Assembly: GCA_019248265.1 (NCBI GenBank)
Contig: JAEHGX010000004.1
Span: 9,495 to 73,494 of the forward strand
Direction of reading: 5' to 3'
DNA: 64,000 nucleotides
Source: Candidatus Falkowbacteria bacterium S5_I03
GTDB lineage: Bacteria > Patescibacteriota > Patescibacteriia > Patescibacteriales > UBA12465
The notes beneath the pieces were generated by a model. It ran no database searches. It saw only the letters and a program-made list of their open reading frames with translations, and had not been told where the DNA came from. Positions 1 through 9,663 of this stretch are shown here, one piece after another (position 1 is the first letter of the stretch; each line of letters starts with the position of its first letter). Made by a program: the position numbers and the translations under genes.

Positions 1-1125
1 GGAGGCATTTAAAGTATGAACAAATTCATTTTTACCGGTAGCTGGGTTTTTATAACGAACTTGGCCGCGACGGGCCTGGTAATCGAGAGCATTGGAGGCG
101 CTGCTAACTTCTTTATAAATACCCATACTAGGAATATAAACCTCAATATCATAAGTCTTGGCCATGGCGGCACTCGAATCGCCGGCAGCTAATTTAGAAA
201 TTTGGAAATTAAGATTTAGACCTTCCATCAACTTTTGCGCATTATTTACCATCTCGGCAAACATCTTCCAACTTTCTTCCGGTTTGGAAAAAATAAACAT
301 TTCAATTTTATTGAACTGATGGCCGCGAATCATACCCCGTTCTTCTTGGCGATAACTGCCCGCTTCCCTTCTAAAACAAGCCGAGTAGGCAAAATATTTT
401 TTAGGCAATTCTTCAATCGGCAAAATTTCATCGCGATGGTAATTACCGAGCATCATTTCGCTAGTCGCGTTCAAACAGAGCGCGTCCTGGGTCCAAAATA
501 AATCATCACGAAATTTTGGTAAATGGCCGGAAGTATAAGCCGACTTTTCAGTTAGTAAAAATGGCGGAATCAAAAATTGATAACCATTCTTGGTGTGAAA
601 ATCAATAAAATAATTAAGCAAAGCCCATTCTAATTGCGCGCCGACTCCGGTATAGCACCAGAATCCGGAGCCGGACATTTTAGCTGCCCGCTCGTAGTCA
701 ATCAAACCCAAAGAGGTGGCTAGCTCAACATGATCTTTGGGCTCAAAATCAAATTTTGGTTTTTGACCATAAGTATGGATAACTTCGTTATTTTCTTTTC
801 CGCCAGGCAGAACATCAGCCGCCGGTATATTTGGTAATTCCGACATTGCTTCTAAAAACTCGGTTTCAGTCGCATTCAGCTCTTCTTCCAGCTTCTTAAT
901 TTTTTCACCCAAAGTTTTCATCTCCGCTATGGTTTCCGGGGTCGGTTTACTTTTAGAATTCCGATTACGTTCGGCTTTTAATTCTTCTGAGGCCGCGATC
1001 AGTTCGCGGCGCTTATCGTCAAGAGCAATCACTCCTTCCAAATTAAGCTTATCCGCCGGCATTCTTTTTAAAAGCCCAGTTTTAACTTCAGTCAAATTTT
1101 CTCTGATAAATTTAATATCCAACAT
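1..1125 (-). CDS. serS: seryl-tRNA synthetase; C-terminus cut by the window edge
   Basis: Absent from the ORF track because no stop lies in the window. Minus-strand translation from ATG at 1125 gives MLDIKFIRENLTEVK... with an N-terminal coiled-coil arm. Class II core strings include FRREAGSYRQEERGMIRGHQFNKIEMF and YKEVSSASNALDYQARRGQVRY..FVHTLNAS. Confidence 0.9.
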   Translation of the reverse strand, partial: MLDIKFIRENLTEVKTGLLKRMPADKLNLEGVIALDDKRRELIAASEELKAERNRNSKSKPTPETIAEMKTLGEKIKKLEEELNATETEFLEAMSELPNIPAADVLPGGKENNEVIHTYGQKPKFDFEPKDHVELATSLGLIDYERAAKMSGSGFWCYTGVGAQLEWALLNYFIDFHTKNGYQFLIPPFLLTEKSAYTSGHLPKFRDDLFWTQDALCLNATSEMMLGNYHRDEILPIEELPKKYFAYSACFRREAGSYRQEERGMIRGHQFNKIEMFIFSKPEESWKMFAEMVNNAQKLMEGLNLNFQISKLAAGDSSAAMAKTYDIEVYIPSMGIYKEVSSASNALDYQARRGQVRYKNPATGKNEFVHTLNAS

Positions 1126-1144
1126 ATTTTTAAGGGTTAATTAT

Positions 1145-2857
1145 TTAATTGATTACTTCGCCACCGAAAGCTTTGAGAAGATTATCCATCATTGCTCCGG
1201 AATCCTTTTTAATATCCGCCGCCCCGGCGGATGAAGGCGCTGAAGAACTGGAAATATTGCTCGTTTCTGAACTCACTGGCGCAGTCGGCACAATCGAATC
1301 AGTCATTACTCCAAAACCGGAAGCGCTCTGACTTTTTTTAATTTCTAAATTTTCATCTAAACGGGAATCAAGCGCTACCGCCCCACCAAATACTTCGGCC
1401 AATGTACTTTCTACAATACTTTTAATGCTATTATCATTAACCCGATCTTGATGAAACTTATACTTAAACAACAAGCACAAAATGCCATTATGGAGCGACT
1501 GCGGTTCGCAATTCTGCAATACGAAGGATAAAGAATGATTATGTTTTTTAATTTTTACCAAAAATTCCGGCCATTTTTCCAAAATATCAGATTGGTTTAA
1601 ATCGGCCGCCGGATTAGAAAGTTTAATTTTGGCAGTTTCTGTTTTTAGCGGACCGGGATTTAATTTTGGCGCCGGGGTCGAATTTAAATTAGAAGCAGTT
1701 GTCTTTTTAGAATCATAAACCGGGGCGCTAACTATTTCCTCGCTAACTAAACGCGAACTATTTTTTTCACCCAGACAAATTTCAATTACGGCCAACTCTA
1801 AAGGTAATTGGAGAATAAGCTGATTCTTTTCATTGTAGGCTTCCAGTAATCTTCGGGCGTAAAAAATTAAGTTATCAAGCGTCAATAATCCTAAAATTCC
1901 GTTAACTCTGATTTCTAGACTGTCGCCTAAATTTAAACCAAAGCTATCGGAAAGCTCCGGATTAACTTTACTCAGAATCATCTTGCGCAGCAAACTAATC
2001 AAGTCGCTGTTAAAGTTGCGGATGTTAGTTCCGCTGTCTATGAGCGAATTAATCAAACTGATAGCCTTGGCGGCATCTTTACGCGCTAAATGTTCTAACA
2101 AATCAACGCCTTCACTACTGTTGTAGTGTGGGATTACCAGCTCGGCCTGCTCTAATGTTATTCGTTTGTCGCCCAGAGAAAAAATCTGTCCCAATAGGCT
2201 TTCGGCATCGCGCAGATGCCCGCCGCTTTTTCGAGCCGCCGCCTCTAAAACTTCGTCATCAATTTCTATTTTTTCTTTATCGGAAATATAACGTAATTTC
2301 TTAACAATTTCGGAAATACTAATGCGTCGGAAATCAAAACGCTCGCAACGAGAAATAATTGTCAGCGGCACTTTATGAATTTCCGTCGTGCATAAGATAA
2401 AAATCACATAACTTGGCGGTTCCTCAATTGTCTTTAAAAGAGCATTAAAAGCGGAGGGTGAAAGCATGTGCACTTCATCGATAATAAAAACTTTATATTT
2501 AGTTACTGAGGGCGCCAATCTAGAAAAAGAGATAATATTTTCACGCACATTATCAACCCCGGTATTAGAGGCCGCGTCAATTTCAATGATATCCAAATTA
2601 TTACCGCTCGCAATTGATAAGCAATTAGCACAATGGCCGCAAGGCTCATACTCCCCGTCCTTTCTCTCTAAACAATTTACTGATTTAGCCAGAACTCGAG
2701 CCAAGGTAGTTTTTCCGACTGCACGGGGACCGCAAAACAAAAAGGCTTGCGCTAATTTGCCCGCGCCAATTTCATTTTGCAGAGTAATTTTGATGTGTTT
2801 CTGTCCCAGAACTTCGGAAAAATTTTGCGGACGATAATCACGATATAAAGTAGACAT
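1145..2857 (-). CDS. dnaX: DNA polymerase III subunit gamma/tau
   Basis: YRPQNFSEVLGQ start, Walker A GPRAVGKTT, Zn module CGHCANC, DEVHML, and the SRC motif IISRCERF. Confidence 0.9.
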   Translation of the reverse strand: MSTLYRDYRPQNFSEVLGQKHIKITLQNEIGAGKLAQAFLFCGPRAVGKTTLARVLAKSVNCLERKDGEYEPCGHCANCLSIASGNNLDIIEIDAASNTGVDNVRENIISFSRLAPSVTKYKVFIIDEVHMLSPSAFNALLKTIEEPPSYVIFILCTTEIHKVPLTIISRCERFDFRRISISEIVKKLRYISDKEKIEIDDEVLEAAARKSGGHLRDAESLLGQIFSLGDKRITLEQAELVIPHYNSSEGVDLLEHLARKDAAKAISLINSLIDSGTNIRNFNSDLISLLRKMILSKVNPELSDSFGLNLGDSLEIRVNGILGLLTLDNLIFYARRLLEAYNEKNQLILQLPLELAVIEICLGEKNSSRLVSEEIVSAPVYDSKKTTASNLNSTPAPKLNPGPLKTETAKIKLSNPAADLNQSDILEKWPEFLVKIKKHNHSLSFVLQNCEPQSLHNGILCLLFKYKFHQDRVNDNSIKSIVESTLAEVFGGAVALDSRLDENLEIKKSQSASGFGVMTDSIVPTAPVSSETSNISSSSAPSSAGAADIKKDSGAMMDNLLKAFGGEVIN

Positions 2858-2863
2858 GAATTT

Positions 2864-5332
2864 TTATAATTTAATTTCTGTGCGCCTAGCTATTTCAGCT
2901 TCCACTAAACGCGCATTCTGACCATATTTTAAGCGCGATAATGATCTAATTTTATCTTTCATCCCCTCACGCTTAACGCCGATTAGCGGCCAAACGGTAT
3001 GCAGAGAAAACGGCCGAGCAGCACTATTGTCAATTAATAATTTAATACAAGCTGTTCCTTTGTCAACATTTATCAAATCGTATTCGTTGAAAACAGGAGC
3101 AAATTCTTTAACTAAAAATTCTGCATCCTCAGAACCAATCTTAAAACTGACCATAGTGCCAACGTTACCAAACACCGCATCCTTAATTTCCGTATTATTA
3201 TTTTTGGATAACTGGCCGATATACTGATGGGCCACAATTAAATTAAGTGCGTATTTTCGCGCCTCGGATAGAATTTGGCAGATTGAATTGGTGGTGAAGT
3301 TTTGAAATTCATCAATATACAGATAAAAATCTTTACGCGCCTCGCTCGGCATATCGGTGCGCGATAAGGCGGCCATGAGAATTTTGCCGACCACAATCAT
3401 TCCCAGCAAATAAGCATTCATCTCGCCAACCGTTCCTTTAGGCAAGTCGATAAGTAATATCTTTTGCTTATCCATCACATCGCGCAAATTAAAGGCGCTG
3501 TGCTGTTGGCCGATAATCGGCCGCATCATATCATTGGAAATAAAAGAAGTCAGTTTGGAAGTAATATAAGGGACAATGTTAGCCAAGGCAGCCTCACCGC
3601 CAGCTTTTTCCGCCTCTTTAACCCAGAAATCAACGACTGTCTTGTTGCGGCAATTTTTAAGTTTTAAGCGGCGAAAATTTTCATCAGCCAAAACTTTAGG
3701 AATTTCCATTAAAGTTGAGCCGGTTTCTGGATCGTCCATAATGAGCAACATCGCGTTTCTCATATATTGCTCAAACATCGGTCCGCCAGTCGCCTTTAAA
3801 TCATAAAGCTTATCAAAGATACCAATCATTTCATTTATTACAAAACTCTTTTGTTCCGGATAACGCGGATCATACTCTAATAAGTTTAGGGCTAACGGCC
3901 GCTCTAAATCAGCCGGTGAAAATATAATAACGTCCTCAGCTCTCTCCGGTGGGATTCTCTCCAAAATATCGGTAATCAAATCACCATGCGGATCAAGTAC
4001 GCACACGCCTTCCCCGTTTTGAATATCTTGAATGGCCATATTGGCCAACAAAACTGATTTACCGACACCGGATTTACCGATAATATAAGTATGGCGTCTA
4101 CGGTCAGCGCGCTTAATTCTAATGTCCTTTTTGATACCACGATAAAGATTAGTGCCCAAAGAAATCCCCTCCTCAGGAACATTGGCCGGCGCGGGCGCCG
4201 ATTTGGCAGTCAACCACAAAATATTTGGTGTTTCGGTGGTACTTAGCGGAAAATGAAAAACACTGGCAAGCTCTTCACTATTTAATAAAAAACTTATATT
4301 TTCTCGAAAATGACGATAGATAAAATCTTTAACAATCCGGTCTTGATTATTTTTGCGAGCGCGGGAAAAAGAATTGCCATAACTAAAATTATTATATTCT
4401 GCAAACGCGCTAGCGATATTTTCTAAATAGAGATTAGCTCTCTCTTTGGTCTTGGCAAAACTCAAAACTCTAATATTAACATCTAAGCCCGCTTTTAAGT
4501 TTTTTTCTTCCATGGTTTTAACCATTTCTTCTTCAACGGCGCTCAACCTTTTCAGCGGCTTCCCCTGAGCGTTCATGCCCGATGGCCCGTCATTTTTAAA
4601 ATTAACATGGAACAGAGCGCGTATTGGATTGCTATATTTAAGTCCCAAGGCAACAGAATTTTTACGGTGAATCATAAAAACCACCTTGCGAACTTTGGCA
4701 TGCCAAGATCTTTTGGCGCTTCGAACTAAATATTGAATCGCTAAATTTTCGCCCTTTTCCAATTTGGACAAAACATTAATCAAAGAATTCATGGGGTCAA
4801 TGTCCATTTTTTGATAAGTCTTGAGCGGGAAAATAAAACTTTTAGTTGTTCTTAAATAAGCAGCCGCCACCGAACCGTTTAGTCCGAAAGAATTGTAATC
4901 TTCAACCTGTTCAATTACCGCCGCCGGATAATGAGCCTGGATTTGTTGCTCCAAATAGCGAACATCGTCTTGCGGGGAGGCGAAATAAAAAGTAATGTGT
5001 TTGGAATCGGCCACTATTTCAAAAGAAATATGATCATCGCGACCAAAAAGCCAGGATTTAAAACTTTTTTGGGCGCTCATGCCGCCAATGGAAGCAAAGA
5101 TTGTTTCCCCCTTGGCAATTTCTTCCTTTAAACTTTGCACCGATTGAGTTTTATCTTCTTCATTTGGTTTTTCTTTCGGCAATCTGACTGAAAAAACATG
5201 ATGTGAAGTATATTTACGCGAAGAAAAAATTAAACGTAAAATATTAAGAATCGCAAATACAAGAACGACCGTTAAAGAAACAGTTAGCAAAATCGGCATA
5301 ACTAAACTAAAACTTGTAACGTTGAAATCCAT
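2864..5332 (-). CDS. membrane-anchored P-loop ATPase, TraD/VirD4/HerA-FtsK-like (DUF87-type)
   Basis: N-terminal TM helix, Walker A YIIGKSGVGKSVLLANM and Walker B FYLYIDEFQNFTT. Size is 822 aa. Confidence 0.6.
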   Translation of the reverse strand: MDFNVTSFSLVMPILLTVSLTVVLVFAILNILRLIFSSRKYTSHHVFSVRLPKEKPNEEDKTQSVQSLKEEIAKGETIFASIGGMSAQKSFKSWLFGRDDHISFEIVADSKHITFYFASPQDDVRYLEQQIQAHYPAAVIEQVEDYNSFGLNGSVAAAYLRTTKSFIFPLKTYQKMDIDPMNSLINVLSKLEKGENLAIQYLVRSAKRSWHAKVRKVVFMIHRKNSVALGLKYSNPIRALFHVNFKNDGPSGMNAQGKPLKRLSAVEEEMVKTMEEKNLKAGLDVNIRVLSFAKTKERANLYLENIASAFAEYNNFSYGNSFSRARKNNQDRIVKDFIYRHFRENISFLLNSEELASVFHFPLSTTETPNILWLTAKSAPAPANVPEEGISLGTNLYRGIKKDIRIKRADRRRHTYIIGKSGVGKSVLLANMAIQDIQNGEGVCVLDPHGDLITDILERIPPERAEDVIIFSPADLERPLALNLLEYDPRYPEQKSFVINEMIGIFDKLYDLKATGGPMFEQYMRNAMLLIMDDPETGSTLMEIPKVLADENFRRLKLKNCRNKTVVDFWVKEAEKAGGEAALANIVPYITSKLTSFISNDMMRPIIGQQHSAFNLRDVMDKQKILLIDLPKGTVGEMNAYLLGMIVVGKILMAALSRTDMPSEARKDFYLYIDEFQNFTTNSICQILSEARKYALNLIVAHQYIGQLSKNNNTEIKDAVFGNVGTMVSFKIGSEDAEFLVKEFAPVFNEYDLINVDKGTACIKLLIDNSAARPFSLHTVWPLIGVKREGMKDKIRSLSRLKYGQNARLVEAEIARRTEIKL

Positions 5333-5339
5333 AGACGCT

Positions 5340-5834
5340 TTATTTTAGACGCATTATTTTGTCAGCTTTTATTTTTGCTTCTTGCTCCAAGAAAAATTTA
5401 TTAACCCCCGGAATAATCTTAAGCCACTTTTTAATGAGATCGATTATCTTGCTAATCTTAACCTTCCCTTTATCTAGCATGGCCACAATTTTAACGGTAG
5501 TTTCCTCGCCCACCCGTTTAAATTCTTTCTGTTCTTGCGGGTTCATCTTTAAAAAAACATCATGCAGACCGGCGGAAAGAATATTGTCAATTTCTTGAGC
5601 GCGTTGGTTATGAAAAGAAAGCGCTTGACCGCCAACTGGCGGCAAGTTGGAGTTAATTTTTTCGGTAGTTCCGCTTGTCTTGGATTCCAAACCTTTTTCC
5701 GATTCAACGTTCTTTTCCGGGAGTGACTCAAAACGCCGCTCCAAAGATACCGGAGCCTCCGGCTGCTTATTGGCAGTCGGCCTTTCCGGCAATTTATCTA
5801 AATCAATTTTACCGGCGATATTTTCGGTCGCCAT
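5340..5834 (-). CDS. hypothetical protein (charged N-terminal region, 164 aa)
   Basis: Long ORF 7 nt upstream of, and co-directional with, the ATPase gene. No motif recognised. Confidence 0.5.
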   Translation of the reverse strand: MATENIAGKIDLDKLPERPTANKQPEAPVSLERRFESLPEKNVESEKGLESKTSGTTEKINSNLPPVGGQALSFHNQRAQEIDNILSAGLHDVFLKMNPQEQKEFKRVGEETTVKIVAMLDKGKVKISKIIDLIKKWLKIIPGVNKFFLEQEAKIKADKIMRLK

Positions 5835-5844
5835 ATATTTATAA

Positions 5845-6015
5845 TTAAAGCGTTATTGCTTCTACGGGACAATTTTCCGCAGCATTTTTAGCACAATCAG
5901 TAACCGCGTCATTTAAAACCTCGCTTTTACCGTCGGCATTCATCTGGAAAGTTTCCGGGCATAAACCCGCGCACATCCCACAGCCGATACACTTATTTTC
6001 GTCAACTTTTACCAT
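5845..6015 (-). CDS. small 4Fe-4S ferredoxin (56 aa)
   Basis: Below the ORF-track size cut-off. Minus-strand ATG at 6015 gives MVKVDENKCIGCGMCAGLCPETFQMNADGKSEVLNDAVTDCAKNAAENCPVEAITL, with CxxCxxCxxxCP plus a distal ..CP motif. Confidence 0.8.
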   Translation of the reverse strand: MVKVDENKCIGCGMCAGLCPETFQMNADGKSEVLNDAVTDCAKNAAENCPVEAITL

Positions 6016-6118
6016 AAAATTAATAATTATTTTTTAATTATTTTATGTTCCTATTATAGCATATTATAAAAAAATTAAAACCACTTTTATTGCTAAAATA
6101 TAGCCAAATAAACGACAT

Positions 6119-6147
6119 TTGACAATTTAAGAAGCTTTTGTTATATT
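6119..6147 (+). promoter_or_regulatory. sigma70-type promoter for rpmA
   Basis: TTGACA (6119-6124), 17-nt spacer, TATATT (6142-6147), preceded by TGt (extended -10). Confidence 0.55.
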
Positions 6148-6175
6148 AAGTAAATAAAACCTAAGCTAATCACAA

Positions 6176-6207
6176 AAATACGAGCCTTAAGGCCAGCGTA
6201 TTTTTTA
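6176..6207 (+). promoter_or_regulatory. terminator-like hairpin plus U-run in the rpmA leader
   Basis: AAATACG..(GCC TTAA GGC)..CGTATTT stem followed by TTTTTT. It ends about 16 nt before the rpmA ATG. Confidence 0.4.
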
Positions 6208-6222
6208 TGAAAAAACACAAAT

Positions 6223-6633
6223 ATGGCACATAAGAAAGCCGCCGGCTCAACCTCTCTCGGACGCGAATCAGAGAGTAAGCGTCTTGGCGTAAAACTAACA
6301 GATGGCGAATGGGCAAAAACCGGCTCAATCATTATCAGACAACGTGGAACTAAATATCATCCTGGCGTTAATGTCAAAAAAGGCAATGATGATACTTTGT
6401 TTGCTATGCAGTCCGGTTTCGTTAAGTTCTCCACTAAAAAATTAAAGAAGTTCGACGGTAATTTAAAAACCACCAAAATTGTTGGTGTTTATCCAATGAC
6501 TGAAGCCAAGCGCGCTGAATTAAAGAAATTTGCCGAAGCTGCCTTAGAAAGAAAAAAGAAATCAGCCGTTAAAAATGCGGCCAAAAACAAAACTGTTAAA
6601 AAGGTTGTCAAAAAGAAGGCTGTTAAAAAATAA
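6223..6633 (+). CDS. rpmA: 50S ribosomal protein L27 with a Lys-rich C-terminal extension
   Basis: [37 protein letters not shown]. The ~45 extra C-terminal residues are rich in K/A/V. Confidence 0.9.
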   Translation: MAHKKAAGSTSLGRESESKRLGVKLTDGEWAKTGSIIIRQRGTKYHPGVNVKKGNDDTLFAMQSGFVKFSTKKLKKFDGNLKTTKIVGVYPMTEAKRAELKKFAEAALERKKKSAVKNAAKNKTVKKVVKKKAVKK

Positions 6634-6654
6634 ACCTCAATTATAGAATTATAG

Positions 6655-6683
6655 AAAAAGACCGGTATAACCGGTCTTTTTTG
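6655..6683. terminator. bidirectional intrinsic terminator (rpmA / pyrG)
   Basis: AAAAA-GACCGG-tataa-CCGGTC-TTTTTT. Confidence 0.7.
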
Positions 6684-6702
6684 TGTTTATTTTTAGCTAA
6701 GA

Positions 6703-8406
6703 TTATCGCTTTCCTTTACAAGTTTTAATAAACTCGACAAATAAAGGATGTGGGGCTAGCGGCCGAGAAATATATTCCGGATGGAATTGAACACCCACGA
6801 AGAAAGGATGATTTTTAATTTCAATCGCTTCTACAATTGTTCCATCCGGCGAAGTCCCGGCGACAATCAATCCCAGCTCGGCAAAACGGCTACGATAGTC
6901 ATTATTAAATTCATAGCGGTGGCGATGACGTTCAGAAACGGTTTTCTTATCGGTAAATTTAGCATAAGCTTTTTCTAATTTTGTCCCGGCTTGCAATTTA
7001 CAAGGCCAGCCGCCTAAACGGATAGTGCCGCCATAACCTTTTTCTTTAATTAATTTTTCCTGCCCGGGCATAATATGAATAACTGGGTCTGGTGTTTTGG
7101 GATTTACTTCAGCCGAATTAGCTTCTTTCAAACCGGCGACATTGCGGGCAAATTCAATTACGGCCATTTGCATGCCATAGCATAAACCAAAATAAGGCAC
7201 TCCTTTTTCACGGCAATACCTAATCGCCTCAATCTTGCCCTCGGCTCCGCGTCCACCCCAACCCTGAGGAATAATTAAGCCATCCAAGCCCTTAAAGGCT
7301 TTGGCTCCTTGTTTTTCGACATCCTCGGCTCCTAGCCAATGAGTTTTAACTTTGCATTTATTAAACGCAGCTGCATGTTTAATGGCTTCAATCACCGAAA
7401 TATAGGAATCACCAAGTGAAAAATCGCCGCTCGCAAAATACTTCCCGACAATACCAATATTTACTTCCGGGGTCTTAATTTTAGTGGCTTGGACCATTTT
7501 TTGCCACTCTTCATTATTGCTTTTCTTTTTTGGTAAATTGAACTTTTCTAAAATACGTTCGCTAAGATTATCTTTTTCAAAATTAAGCGGAATATCATAA
7601 ATAGAATCGGCGTCTGGGGCCGCGATTACGCTCTCTAAAGCAACATTGCAGTTAATCGAAAGTTTTTCACGGCGAGCCTGATCTATCATGCGTTCGCTGC
7701 GGGCGACTAAGAAATCCGGCTGAATACCGGCGCTTTGCAGATTACGAACGGCGTGTTGTGTCGGTTTGGTTTTCATTTCCCCAATTTTATTCGGAATCGG
7801 CAAATAAGAAACCATTACAAACAAAACGTCTTTGGGCTTATATAATTTCATTACCCGCGCCGCTTCTAAAAATAGCAAGTTTTCGTATTCACCAACCGTA
7901 CCGCCAATCTCAATAATCATAATTTCCGCCCCGGTTTTTTGAACGGCGCGCTCGATTCGATCTCTTATTTCCATCGGGATATGAGGAACTACTTGAACAC
8001 ATTTCCCTTTATATTCCAGATTTCTTTCCCGGGCGATTACTGTCTGATAAACGCGACCGGTGGTCATGTAATTTTCTTTATAAATATTTTTGTTCAGGAA
8101 GCGTTCATAATTGCCAATATCCTGGTCGGTCTCATCACCGTCTTCGGTTACAAAAACTTCACCATGCTCAATCGGATTCATGGTTCCGGCATCAACATTA
8201 ATATAGGGGTCCATTTTGATAGCGCTGACATTATATCCGCGAGCTTGTAAAATTTGACCGATGGAAGCGGTAGTTACTCCCTTCCCAACTCCAGACATTA
8301 CGCCACCGACCACAAAAATATATTTAGGATCAGGTTTTGAGTCTTTGATTTTTTTAGTTTTTGCTGGCAATTTTGACATAATAAGATATTTTAAAATAGG
8401 CGACAA
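6703..8406 (-). CDS. pyrG: CTP synthase
   Basis: GGVMSGVGKGVTTASIGQIL, and glutaminase motifs FGLCYGMQMAV and RHRHRYEFN. The true start may be the internal MSKLPAK. Confidence 0.9.
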   Translation of the reverse strand: MSPILKYLIMSKLPAKTKKIKDSKPDPKYIFVVGGVMSGVGKGVTTASIGQILQARGYNVSAIKMDPYINVDAGTMNPIEHGEVFVTEDGDETDQDIGNYERFLNKNIYKENYMTTGRVYQTVIARERNLEYKGKCVQVVPHIPMEIRDRIERAVQKTGAEIMIIEIGGTVGEYENLLFLEAARVMKLYKPKDVLFVMVSYLPIPNKIGEMKTKPTQHAVRNLQSAGIQPDFLVARSERMIDQARREKLSINCNVALESVIAAPDADSIYDIPLNFEKDNLSERILEKFNLPKKKSNNEEWQKMVQATKIKTPEVNIGIVGKYFASGDFSLGDSYISVIEAIKHAAAFNKCKVKTHWLGAEDVEKQGAKAFKGLDGLIIPQGWGGRGAEGKIEAIRYCREKGVPYFGLCYGMQMAVIEFARNVAGLKEANSAEVNPKTPDPVIHIMPGQEKLIKEKGYGGTIRLGGWPCKLQAGTKLEKAYAKFTDKKTVSERHRHRYEFNNDYRSRFAELGLIVAGTSPDGTIVEAIEIKNHPFFVGVQFHPEYISRPLAPHPLFVEFIKTCKGKR

Positions 8407-8426
8407 GAAACCTCGTCGCCTACAAG

Positions 8427-9662
8427 TTATTTTTTCTTAGGAATAATTAATTCAATCGCTTTCTGCATCTGAGGGTCTAAATCTTTATTTACATCATTTT
8501 CAGTTAATTCAACTTTTATTTCCGGCTCTATACCCTTGTCATTGATAGAATCTCCAGCCGGGGTGAGCCACTCAGCGACCGTCACTTTCAAAGAAGAACC
8601 ATCGCTTAAATCTTTAACGGTTTGGACAGAGCCCTTGCCAAAGCTTGTTTCTCCGACTAAAGTCGCCTTCTTATAATCTCTTAGGGCGCCGGCAACAATT
8701 TCTGAAGCCGAAGCACTTCCCTGATTTATTAAAACTATTGTTTTAAAATTTTTAAGTTTGGCGCTGCCGTTAGAAAAATGTTCTTCACGCTTATTTTCGC
8801 CGAATTGCTCAGCTACCACCGGTCCTTCAACTACCCATTCGCTAGCCATATTAACAGCCGCCTCTAAATAACCTCCCGGATTATTTCGTAAATCCAAAAT
8901 TAATCCCTTAGGCTGTTTGGCGACAATTTCCGCGACAGCTTTTTTCAGTAAATCATCGGTGTCGTTATTAAAACTACTAACCTTAATTACATAAATACCA
9001 TCCTTACGCATTTCCGTTTTAATACTGGCTACAAAAATTTGATCACGCGTAATTTTAATATCGGCCGGCTTGCTCTCTCCCCTGATAATAGTCAAGGTGA
9101 CTTCGGTTCCTTTAGGTCCCCTAATTTTTTTAACGGCATCATTAACAGTCAGGCCGATAGCTGATTCTCCGTTAATGGCATAAATTTTATCACCGGAACG
9201 CAGACCGGCTTTTTGGGCCGGCATGCCGTCTAGAGGCGCAATTACCGTAATAACATCATTTCTCATACCGATTTCGGCACCAATTCCTTCAAAAGTGCCA
9301 GATAAATCTCCATAAAATTCCTGGGTTGTGTCAGGATCCATAAAAACAGTATAAGAATCCTTAGTCGCTGCGGCTAAACCTTCTAAAGAACCATAGAATA
9401 AATCTTTATCAGATATCTGATTTTTATCGACATGATTGCTTTTTAGCGTATTCCAAACTTCGAAATAGAGATTGAAATCAAAGCTATCTTCTTGGCCGCC
9501 ATTAACTATATTTTTGGCGTCTTCGGAATAAGCAATGCCGGTTTTATTTATTTTATTTTGCTGGCCGCCGAAATACAGGCCGGCGGAGAAAATTCCGAGT
9601 GTTACTACCAAGAAAAAGGCGGCGCTAGTGATTTGTTGACGAGTATATTTCATTTTTATCAT
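8427..9662 (-). CDS. S41 family C-terminal processing peptidase
   Basis: N-terminal TM, PDZ-like GLRSGDKIYAINGES, and catalytic region NQGSASASEIVAGAL. Confidence 0.85.
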   Translation of the reverse strand: MIKMKYTRQQITSAAFFLVVTLGIFSAGLYFGGQQNKINKTGIAYSEDAKNIVNGGQEDSFDFNLYFEVWNTLKSNHVDKNQISDKDLFYGSLEGLAAATKDSYTVFMDPDTTQEFYGDLSGTFEGIGAEIGMRNDVITVIAPLDGMPAQKAGLRSGDKIYAINGESAIGLTVNDAVKKIRGPKGTEVTLTIIRGESKPADIKITRDQIFVASIKTEMRKDGIYVIKVSSFNNDTDDLLKKAVAEIVAKQPKGLILDLRNNPGGYLEAAVNMASEWVVEGPVVAEQFGENKREEHFSNGSAKLKNFKTIVLINQGSASASEIVAGALRDYKKATLVGETSFGKGSVQTVKDLSDGSSLKVTVAEWLTPAGDSINDKGIEPEIKVELTENDVNKDLDPQMQKAIELIIPKKK

Positions 9663-9663
9663 A

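Noticed and set aside
235-1331. Track ORFs 235-501, 929-1234 and 1149-1331 on the plus strand.
   Set aside because: They lie antisense to, or overlap, the clearly homologous serS and dnaX reading frames on the minus strand, and their composition is not protein-like.
1332-1340. A-AAA-AAA-G slippery-looking run in dnaX (ATT AAA AAA AGT) as a possible gamma/tau frameshift site.
   Set aside because: It lies near codon 505 of 570, far downstream of the domain III/IV boundary used in E. coli. No downstream stem-loop is evident, and the -1 frame product would differ from full length by only ~55 aa. It is probably just a Lys-Lys codon pair.
2864-5332. The TraD/VirD4-like ATPase as evidence of an integrated conjugative element or prophage.
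   Set aside because: No integrase, relaxase, other T4SS components, att-like repeats or tRNA target are nearby, and the flanking genes are core (dnaX, rpmA).
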